In this document: positions 46,110 through 56,800 of the stretch, piece by piece
Layout of the letters: each line of letters begins with the position of its first letter
Numbering within the stretch: the first letter of the stretch is position 1
Origin: Phaeosaccion multiseriatum
Lineage: Eukaryota; Protista; Ochrophyta, other classes
Reading direction: 5' to 3'
Assembly: GCA_965112735.1 (NCBI GenBank)
Contig: OZ218957.1
Span: forward strand, 3,410,001-3,474,000
Length of the DNA stretch: 64,000 nucleotides
Made by a program: the position numbers and the translations under genes
Notes under the pieces: model-generated
The model's input: only the letters and a program-made list of their open reading frames with translations
What the model was told of the DNA's origin: nothing
Databases searched by the model: none

Positions 46110-49100
46110 ATGCATAACTCAATGGCGCCCCTTTGCAATGTGGACCGGGAGACTCTCTCTGGCGCCATATTTATTTACTGTGACATTGTCATCGCCTTCA
46201 GCTACTACGTCATCCCTCTCATCCTGGGTGAGGGACTAGTGCCGTCATGGCAGATGCTTCCACGCGTCCATAATGCGATGTTCTGATCATTCATGCCGAA
46301 CCCCCCCCCCCCACTCCTCCCTCCTGCGATGGGCTCTAAGACTTGCCTCACCCCCTCCGATTCCTAAGGACTGTGCATCGTCTCGCCTCGTCCCCACTGT
46401 CCGCAGCTCTACTGGTCAGGTTTAGCGAGGTGGATTTGAGCCTGCTCACGTCCACGTCCTCCTCTGTGGACGGCACAAACAGGATGCTTGTGCGCATCTA
46501 CGTGCTCGTGGTGCTCATTCTCCTCTTCATCGGTGAGTCTCACTCACTTTCCCTCCCTCCCTCCCTCCCTTCCTCACCCCATCAATCTATCGGACCAGCC
46601 GAATGTACATCCCTCCCCCGCTCACTCTCTCTCCCTCCCTCCCTCCCTCCCTCCCTCCTCCCTCCCTCCCTCCCTCCCTCCCTCCCTCCCTCCTCCCCCC
46701 TCCCTCCCTCCCTCCCTCCCTCCCTCCCTCCCTCCCTCCCTCCCTCCCTCCCTCCCTCCCTCCCTCCCTCCCTCCCTCCCTCCCTCCCTCCCTCCCTCCC
46801 TCCCTCCCTCCCTCCCTCCCTCCCTCCCTCCCTCCCTCCCTCCCTCCCTCCCTCCCTCCCTCCCTCCCTCCCTCCCTCCCTCCCTCCCTCCCTCCCCTCT
46901 GTATATGATAAGGCATGTGTGGCACTACCCACCTCTGTCACGGGCTGGCTGGCTACGCGAACGTGTCTGTGGGCCTTATGATCTTCATGGAGGTGTGCAC
47001 CGCTCTGGTCAGCCTCACCACCGCCGTCTACCTGGCTTGGTTCTTCCCTCAGATTCTGCCTTTCATCCGCTCCAAACAGCTGGGCAAGCTTCTGCAGTGG
47101 CAAGATGACCTTTACAAAGGAAGCATTCATCTCATCAGCACGCACAGCTTCGACGCCGATGCTCCGGTCTTCCTCACCGTCAATCCTTGCGCACCCAAGT
47201 TCGGTTTCTCCGAGAAAAAGCGTCTAATGGTACGTGAATTGGTGATACGGTACGTGTACTACTTGCCTTGGCATGGGCAGGTAAAGACACATGTGGGCAC
47301 TGATAGCAGTGACTTCAGCAGCAGCAGCAATGCTCCTGACACGGCACTGGCGAAAGAGCTTCTCACTACGCTTGGCAATGGATGGACCACCAGCGGCCCC
47401 TGTCACCTCTACCCGCCCCCCCCCCTAACCTCACCTCACACACACATACGTAAGTCTTAGGTTGATTCCTGTACGTCCCAAACCCCCTACCCTCCTCTAT
47501 CAACACCTGTATCACCAACAGGGCGAGAGCTTTTTGGACTTTGTCCATCCCGAAGATGTGAGGCTGGTACACTCGGAGCTAAAAAGAATCAAAGCCAGCT
47601 CGATAGGTAAGGTTCTAGCACAGTGCTTAAGGTTAAGTAAGGGTGTAAGGAGAAGGGAAGCACCACTTGTCTATTCTTCTCACTCTCGAGCACACACACA
47701 CACACTCGCCCCCCCGCAGCTCAATCCCGCGACAGCCGAGCGAGTCGTTTGAAGGGACAGAAACCTCTAAAGGTGCAAGACATTGACACGCTGAACCCCG
47801 ACCAGCACTCGGTGGAGAGCATCGAGTTCCGATTGCAGCCCCAACCGACGTGTACTGTTCCAGTGGAGAGCATTATAAGCTGCAGGGAAGAGATGGACTC
47901 GAGCTGGACTTTCCTCATCATCACACGCGACATCTCGCTAAGGAAGGCCAAGTGCGTAAGGCTCTGTGTACGGCCTTGGGGTGCTGGGGGTCGTTGCTCT
48001 TCTGAGTGCTTGCGGCAGGGATTGATGATGGCATTTAACGGTGTCGACTTGCTTTGCTCCTCACAATCGTACACGTAAAATGTAAAATGGTATTGTGCCA
48101 ACTGCTCAGGGAGACCCTGGAGGAGGAGCGGCGAGAGAGCGACATGCGCACGCGCCTCAAATACATCTCCTCCATCGCTCACGACCTCAAGACGGTGAGG
48201 CCCACAAGCTTGCTTATCTTACGTAATGCCCGTATTTACTTACGTAAGCCTTGGCCTTGGGCCGAGCCGGAGGGTGGGTGAAGCTGCTATACACGTGCCC
48301 CATCCATGTAATCACAGCTGGCATATTCTTCTGACCCTTCCCTTTACATGCCTTGCTCTGTGCAGCCCTTGGCAGTGTTCCAAATGAGCCTGGAGCTCGT
48401 CAGCAAGAAGAACAGCACCGACTCTGAGGACTTCAGCATCCTTAGGGATGCACAGGTCAGAGGGCAGAGCCACTGGAGGGAGGGAGGGATGGAGGGAGGG
48501 TGTATTTTATTTACGTAATATGGAGGGAAGGAGGGAGGGACGGGACGGGGAGAAATTGTATTGTACACGCCCGTCAGAGAGAGAGATTGTGTATGTGTAT
48601 TTTTGTGTGTGTGTGTTTTTGTGCATGTGTGAGTATGTGTCCTTCTTATGTGTATGTGAGTGCCTGTGTGTGTGCATGTATGTGTATAGTCACGTCCTCT
48701 CCTCCATATTCCCTCTTCCTCAAACTCCCCCCACCGCCCCCTACCCGTGTTGATTGTCTGTGATCGTCGCCAACCAATCCAAGCTCTCCCTGGAGCTGAT
48801 GAAGGTCACTGTCCATCAGGCAGTGGACATCGGCCGCTCCACCTCTCAGGGCATCGTCATCAAGCCCCAGGTCCTGACACCCACCCTCTGTCCTGACACC
48901 CATCCACCCTCTGTCCTGACACCCACCCACTGTCCTGACATCCACCCTCTGTCCTGACACCCACTCTCTGTCCTGACACCCAACCATCCCCCCCTGTCCT
49001 GATACCCCCCAGTACGATTCCGTGTCCGTTTCAAGTACCCTCCTAAAGTGCCAGCATGTCATCAGGGGATACAGCAAATCCGTTCCCGTCAGGTACGCTG

Positions 49101-50415
49101 CGTAGTGAAGGAAGCAACGGGCCCAAGCTCGGCTTCTCACACCCACCCACTCGGAACTTTTCTCTCTTCTCTCCCTCTTAGTCTAGTCTCTCTCTTTTCT
49201 CACTCACTCTCTTTACTTCTTTCTCTCTCTCTCTCTCTCTCTCCCTCTCATCCTTCTCCCTCTCTTCCAGCGCGGGGCCTGATAGCCACCACAATGGGAA
49301 TCCCCTCCACTCCGCCACGCCCTATTCACTTCACTCGCTGTCTGGAAGTGACTTCCCTGACTCACCCCATCCACTGCCATCCCATCCCACCACACCCCTC
49401 CTCCTCCTCCTCCCCTCCTCTCACAGATTCGTGCTCCAAAAGGGCCTGGCCGGCTGCCGGCTCATCACAGATGGCGAGTGGCTGTGGCAGATGATGATTA
49501 ACTTGTGCACCAACGCCTGCAAGTACACCTCCAAAGGGTACATCTCCCTCGAAATGGCCATGGTCGAGAAGGTCGGCAAGGATGATGGCAGTCAGACGAG
49601 CCACGGCGGCGGCAGCGGCGACAGGGGGGCCGGGGACAGGGACAGGGACAGGGGGGCAAGAGGCGATGGGAGAGGCGATGGGAGAGGCGATGGGGGGAGG
49701 GGCAAGGCGGAGAAGCACTTGATGGTGCTCGTAGCGGACACAGGGATCGGAGTGCCGGAGGGGCAAAGACACAAGCTATTCAGGCCCTTCTCACAGTTGC
49801 AGGAGTATCAGAACCAGGGCACGGGGCTGGGGCTTTATGGCATCAAGGAGAAGGTGTCCGTGCTTGGGGGTCAGTGCGGAGTGGAACCCAATTGGCCCAG
49901 GGTAAGGTCAAATCAATTTAGTTGGCGGGAAAAAGCTTTCATATGCGATGTGCTATGCGCGTTGCTCTGTCGACCGCCTCAAACTCTCCTCCCCCTTCCT
50001 CCTCCCTCCCTCCCTCCGTTCCTCCCTCCTTCCCTCCCTCCCTCCCTCCCTCCCTCCCTCCCTCCCTCCCTCCCTCCCTCCCTCCCTCCCTCCCTCCCTC
50101 CCTCCCTCCCTCCCTCCCTCCCTCCCTCCCTCCCTCCCTCCCTCCCTCCCTCCCTCCCTCCCTCCCTCCCTCCCTCCCTCCCTCCCTCCCTCCCTCCCTC
50201 CCTCCCTCCCTCCCTCCCTCCCTCCCTCCCTCCCTCCCTCCCTCCCCAGGGCTCAATCTTCTTCTTTACACTGCCCTATGTGGGGGACAATACAGGCATG
50301 TCAGAGGCGGTAGATGTGCAGGAGCCCTCGCCGTCTGCGGTGGAGGAGCTTCCCCTCCAGGACCTCCATTTGTCAAGGCTGCTGGACTTGCAGAGCGAAC
50401 GTTGCGCGAGAAATC

Positions 50416-50480
<65 letters not shown>

Positions 50481-50697
50481 CGAGCAGAGGAGGCAGCAGC
50501 CGAGGCAGTAGGGGACAACAGCAGGTCAAGGAGAACGAGCACCGGCGGGAGGGACAGCGCTGGAGACATTTCAAGCCATCGCACTGCCATTGCCAAGAAG
50601 GGGAGGGACAGCGCTGGAGACATTGCAAGCCATCGCACTGCCATTGCCGGGCTCGTCAGCGGCACTCCTCCGTTGGCAGACCATCAGGAAGGGGACG

Positions 50698-50739
<42 letters not shown>

Positions 50740-53219
50740 AGAAGGGCCGAGGCGGGGGGGCGGGCAGGGTCCGCACCGCTAGTGTAGGGTGCCGGCGGGC
50801 GGTGGAGGGCCACAACATTGACTCGTCGGGTAGCTCCACCGCGGCCTCAATCGCTAAGAGCTTGGGAGATGTGGGGCCGACGTTTCGAGCGCGTGCTGCG
50901 TCCACCTTTCGAAGGAACAGAGCTTCCGTGGTACCGGTCCCCACGGAAGAGTCGCCACTGCGGACTACCGCTACAGCAACTCCTGCTACCACTGCTGCTT
51001 CTGGGACTGCACACAACAACAGCATCAACAAGAACAGCAAGAACAACAACAGCAACAACCACAACAACAACAAGAAGAACACCAGTGTGGACTACAGCGG
51101 CGAGTGCTGCGACACGTTCATCTCCTTTGCCGCTACTTCCCTCCCAAGTGGGGCTGCGTGTGCCACCTCCACCCGCACTCTCATTCCCATGCCGCCGTCG
51201 GGGAGTATCGACCCAGACATAGTCGAGGCGGGACTGGCGACGGACCCTCCTCCTGTATCACCACCACGCAAGGGAAGCGTTCTCATCATTGATGACACCA
51301 TGTGCGTTCGTGTGTATTTATTTTGTGTTTGTGTGTACTCAAGCTCAGCGAAAGGTCACCCCCTTACATGACCCTCCTCTCTGCACCCACCCATTGACAT
51401 ACTACACCCCCCGCCTGTAACGTGCCTGCGTGGTGTCAGGACTGTGCGAACCCTTTTCAGTCGAGCGGCGATGAAGGAAGAGTACGAGGTCTGCAGTGCA
51501 AACAACGGTGAGTGTGTGCGTGCGTGTGTGAGTGAGTGAGTGAGTGAGTGAGTGAGTGATTGAATGTGCGTGCATACGTGCGTGCGTGCGTGAGTGAGTG
51601 AGTGCGTGAGTGAGTGAGTGAGTGAGTGATTGAATGTGCGTGCATACGTGCGTGCGTGCGGTGATGTTGCGAGTACACGTCCAATCGTGACTCGGCCACC
51701 CCTGTGTATGTCCTGACACCCCCCACCCCCGCGTATGTCCTGACACCCCCCACCCTCCTGTATGTCCTGACACCCCCCACCCGCCTGTGTGTCCTGACCC
51801 CGCCCACCCCTGATCACTCACTACAGGCGACGAGGGCTTGCAGCTGATGAAGGAGCGCGTGTTCTCTTTGGTCATGTGCGACCTCCAAATGCCCATCATG
51901 GACGGGGCCGAGTGCACATCCCGCCTCAGAGACTTCGAGAGGACGAGCGGGAGGAAGGAGAGGCAGATCATTCTCTCCATGTCCACCTCTTGCGATACCA
52001 TGGCTATGAATGCTTGTGTACGCTGCGGAAGTGAGTGAGCTGGTGCACTAGAGATTGGAGCTTGCGTGTTTGTTCCATCAGCCGAGCTGCTTCTCTTCTT
52101 GCTTGATTGCTTTGTTGCTTGGTTGCTTGGTTGCTTGGTTGCTTGCATGTGCTCACCCTCTCCCTCACTTGTCCCTTTTTGTGCCCCTTCCGTGCTTGTC
52201 CTCTTTTGCTTCTTTCGCTCGTCCTTACGGCAGTGGACGGCTTTGCGCCTAAACCACTCAAGTTTCAAGTTTTCGCGAAGGTGAGGCAGGCGAGGACCAC
52301 AACTGAAACTGGTAACGGCCCTCAGGTCGTGCTTACCCATGTGACTATCACCGTATGTTTAACCGTGTGCCTAACCGTATGTTTAACCGTGTGCCTAACC
52401 GTGTGTTTAACCGTGTGCCTAACCGTGTGCCTACAACCATGTGCAACGTGTATTCAAGCGTGTGCCTAACCGTGTGCCTAACCGTGTACTACCTGGCCGT
52501 GTGTCTAACCGTGTTTTTAATCGTATGCCTAACCGTGTGTTTAACCGTGTGCCTAACCGTGTGTTTAATCGTGTGCCTAACCGTACGTTCAATCGTGTGC
52601 CTAACCGTGTGTTTAACCGTGTGCTTAACCGTGTGTTTAACCGTGTGCTTAACCGTGTGTTTAACCGTGTGCCTAGCCGTGTGTTTAACCATGTGCCTAA
52701 CCGTGTGCTTAACCGTGTGTTTAACCGTGTGCTTAACCGTGTGTTTAAACGTGTGCCTAACCGTTTGTTTAACCATGTGCCTAACCGTGTGCTTATCCGT
52801 GTGTTTCTCCTTCTGGGTGCTGTGTCGTTTCATCTCCTCATCTCTCTCCGTAGCTGCTGGATGCGTACTCACAACGCGCGGAGGACGACGCCATTTGCAA
52901 CCACTCAGTTTCAGAGGCAAAAGAAAGTAGCCCTCAGCAGCAGTTGGTGATACAGCAGCACCAGCAGCAGTTGGTGATACAGCAGCAGCAGCAGCAGCAG
53001 GAGAAGGAGGAGACAGGGGCTGCGGCTGCTCCCTCTCCGCGCTCCGTCCGCTGGGTCGAAGTCAACACAATGAGCATGCAGCACGATGAAAGCAACGGTG
53101 AGGCGGCCGCACTGCAGGCAGAGGGGGAGCAGGCTGGGGATCATTGGCACCATCTTAGGTTCGGAGAGGTGAATGCGCGGGCACTGGCGGACGGGAGCAC
53201 TTTTGTCGTATGGAAGTGA
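46110..53219 (+). CDS. Ethylene-receptor-like hybrid sensor histidine kinase (ETR1-type TM domain, PAS-like, HisKA, HATPase_c, receiver); many exons
   Basis: TM domain: CDIVIAFSYYVIPLIL, LLFIG|MCGTTHL, CTALVSLTTAVYL..FPQIL. PAS-like: FLDFVHPED. HisKA: SIAHDLKT|PL. HATPase: INLCTNACKYT..VADTGIGV..LFRPFSQ..GTGLGL. Receiver: VLIIDD, VMCDLQMPIMDG, DGFAPKP. Confidence 0.9.
48871..49012 (+). repeat. ~20-bp minisatellite (GTCCTGACACCCACCCTCT-like) filling an entire intron; related array at ~51705-51800
   Basis: Seven GTCCTGA(C/T)A units lie between the exon end (IKPQ) and the next exon (YDSVSV). Confidence 0.85.
52350..52805. repeat. 12-bp tandem repeat (AACCGTGTGCCT / AACCGTGTGTTT), ~35-38 units, intronic
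   Basis: Direct reading. It gives the LTVC/NRVP periodic translations in the ORF track. Confidence 0.95.
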
Positions 53220-53804
53220 TGGAGGAGGGGAGACTTCATTGACTTAGTTGTTTTGTTTTGACTTGGTTAGAAAGGGAGTCAACCGAAGATCACTTATGTG
53301 GTGAGGAAAGGGAGGGGATAGAGGAGGGGGGTGATGGGGACGAGACTCTATAGGAGAGTCTAGATAAACTAAAGACTAGAGCCTTCGAGGGAATAGGAGA
53401 GGAAAGGAGGCCTCAAGAGCAAGTCAGCAGCAGCAGCAGTTGGTGATACGGCAGCAAAGCCGATACAGGAGCCTCAGCAGCAGTTGGTGATGCAGCAGGA
53501 GATGACACTTCCATCTCTTCCCCGCCGGACAGACACGAGACTAGACAAACAATATAGAGTTGTGTGCAGCGCTGTGTAGAGTGTGTTTATATGTGGAGAG
53601 GATGCCCAACAATGCCCAAGAGCAACACTCCAGCACACACACACACACACACACACACATGGGCACACAGGAGGTACAACTTCTTTTTGTTTTTCTTCAA
53701 CATATCATTGTAGTGTATTGTTAATTACCAAATGGAAGAACAACAAGCAGTCAATCGATCCAATCAATCAACCACCCACCCACCCACCCAAAGGCTTCCC
53801 TCAA

Positions 53805-56800
53805 TTAGAAGCCAATGGACAAGATGGGCGAGTTACGAGTCCGCTTCTCGAGCTTCATATTCTTCCTCTCCAGGAAGGTATCTTGCAGGCGCTGCAGTCC
53901 CGCTGCCACTTCATGCCCCAGCGCCACTCCGGGCCTTCGCTCTGCGCATTGCTTCAGCGTGTGAGTGATGTGCACTCCTTGTCGCAGCAGCCTTGGAGGG
54001 GGGGGAAGGGGAGGGGAGGGGAGGGGAAGGGGTTCATAGAGGTTGATGGGGATGAGGGAATGAGGGGGTCAGGGGTTAAAGGAGGGAACAGAAATTGACG
54101 CTTGTATCTAGTTTGTACTAGCGGGAGGGAGGGAGGGACGGAGAGTGACAGGGAGGGAATGACAATGACAATGACAATGACAGGAAGTAATGAAGTAATG
54201 ATGCCGTGCCATGTAACGCTCGTTCTCTTTGCAGGCTAACCCTAACCCGTATACCTGTATGCCTGTATACCTGTAACTGTACCTGTATGCGGCGAGCACT
54301 GCAACGCTGCTGCTGCGTCCATCATCGCACTGAATCAGCACCTTGTGGCCCTTACGCATGGCAGGATGCAAAACCTGTTGGTGATACAGGGAGGGGGGAG
54401 GGAGGGAGGGAGGGAGTGGGTGAGTGAGGGAGAGTTAAGTAGGTGAGCGAATGAGAGAGAGTGGGTGGGTGGGTGAGTGAGTGAGTGAGTGAGGAAGGTG
54501 GTTTGAAGAATCGATCGAAGAATGGAGACGAAGACGAAGACGAAGACGAATGCAGAGGAGGTGAAGTGAACGCATGCGTGCGTGCGTGCGTGCGTGCGTG
54601 CATGATATGTCCTCCCTCTCCTTACGTACGTCCATGATCGCCCTGAGATGCTCCGAGATGACATCCCAGGCATCTCTCTTGAGCTTAGCGGCGGCTCTCT
54701 GCTCGGCAAGGGCCTTCTTCTGCGCCCGGCGGCGGCTGCCAGCACCGACAGTCGCATTCGGACTTGCGCTGGGGGATGGCACTGGATGGGACTCTGCTTG
54801 GGCAGCAGCAGAGGGAATCACTACGTCTGAGGAGGAGGAGGAGGAGGAGGAGGAGGAGGAGGAGGACGAGGAGGACGAGGAGGAGGACGAGGAGGAGAAG
54901 GGTTAGAGATGGGGACGGAGGCATAGAAGAAGGAGGGCCAAGGGGGGGGGGGGGGGGAGGGAGACGGCGCTCAGGTCCATGAGAAGGAGGGAAGCGTACC
55001 CCTGCTTGTGCTCCTCCTTGTACAAAGAACACAGCAAAGCTCGTGAAGAGCCAAGAGAGATAGAGAGAGGGAGCACAATAGCGGAAGGAGGGCAGATGGG
55101 CAGATGGGGGGGGGCACAGAGAGAGAGCGCAGAGCGAGAGAGGAGAGAGAGAAAGAGGGGGAGGCAAAGGGAGGGGAGAGAGGAGGAGAGAGGAGAGAGA
55201 GGAAGAGGGGGAGGCAGAGGGAGGGGAGAGAGGAGGAGAGAGGAGAGAGAGGAAGAGGGGGAGGCAGAGGGAGGGGAGAGAGAAGGAGAGGAGAGAAAGA
55301 GCGGAGACGGAGACGGAGAGGTAGAGAGAGAGAATAGAGAGAGCCGAGAGGAGCGAGAGAGAGTAGAGAGAGAGCAGAGAGAGGAGCTAGAGAGGAGCGA
55401 GAGCCGAGAGGAGCGAGCGATGCCGTCCGATAGACAGGGAGACACAGAGACAGCGACGCCTCTCCTGCTCTCCGCTCCCCTCCCCTCATTCACGCACCTT
55501 CTACTCTATAGTGCTTCACGTCTTCATCATCCAGCAGCCAACTGAGACTCCGGGGCATGGGCCCTTCCTCCAGCTTGAGAGTAATGACGGTGTCGAATGC
55601 CTGGGCTGTGGCCCACTGGGGGAAGCCGGCCTGCGCACAGAGCATCGATAAAGCATCGACAGTGTATCGACAATGCAAAGGACAGTAACCGAAGCAAGCG
55701 AGTAGGAGGGAGGCAGGGCAGGGGCAGAAACCAAGTGGGTGAGGTGCTGCATACACCTGACGGGCGGCAGCAAAAGGTAGGCAGGCAGGCCCTCTCCACA
55801 CAGCCGCAGCCCACAGAGCCTACACCAACTGAAACTGGCCAACTGACCTTGAGATTGCCGATCCAAACCTCCTCAAGCACGTTGCTTCTCGCGTCCTCAC
55901 CGAAAGCAAAATCCATACCAAAGCCCCTCCTCCCTCCTCCTCCGGCGAGTGGAGCTCTCCCCCCCCCCTTCTCCTCCACCTCCTCCTCTTCCTTCAGCTC
56001 GAAGATGACTCTGTGTGCGGGCTCCTCGAGAAGCTTTTCCTCGAGCAGCTCAACACAGCCCACGTGACGGCAGGCACGGGCCACGTCCAAAGGTGTTTGA
56101 CCCGTATGGCTGAGAGGGAGGAGAGGGGACAAGAGGGGAGGGGGGCGAGAGAGAGAGAGAGAAAGGGAGAAAGAGAGAGAGAGAGACAGAGAGAGACAGA
56201 GAGAGAGGAGATAGAGAGAAACGGATAGAGAGAGAGGAGAGAGAGAGAATGAGAGAGAGACGGATACAGAGAGAGAGAAACGGATAGAGAGAGAGGAGAG
56301 AGAGAGAAAGGAAGGAAGGGGCAGAGAGCAGGCACCCTTGAGCGGTGAGGGGTGAGGGGTGTGCACCTTCTCCCCCTCTCCCTGTCTCCCTCCCTCTGTC
56401 GTCCCCCTCCCTCCGTCCCATCTCTCACCTAAGGCTGTACAGCGAAGCCCCTTTGTCCAAGAGCACCTTGGCAACATCTCTGAGTCCTGCGTGAGTGGCG
56501 CAGTGTAGCGCCGTCCAGCCCCACTGCTGCTCCTCACCACGGAGGTTGGGGCTGTAGAGCAGTAGCAGGGAGCACATGTCCACCTGGCGCACCACACACA
56601 CACACACACATACACACATATACACATACACACGCACACACACACGCACACACACACGCACACACACACACGCACACGCACGCACGCACGCACGCACGCA
56701 CATGCACACACACACGCACACAAGCGTGCAGGAGAGCAGCGAGAGTCAAATGTGCTTGAGTATGGTGTAAGGTGTCAGGTATGGCGTGTAAGGGGTGTCA

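Noticed and set aside
50547-50648. 54-bp internal duplication (GRDSAGDI.SHRTAIA x2) in the kinase linker
   Set aside because: An ordinary in-frame slippage duplication in a disordered linker.
54236-54248. CTAACCCTAACCC telomere-like sequence
   Set aside because: Only two units inside an intron; expected by chance.
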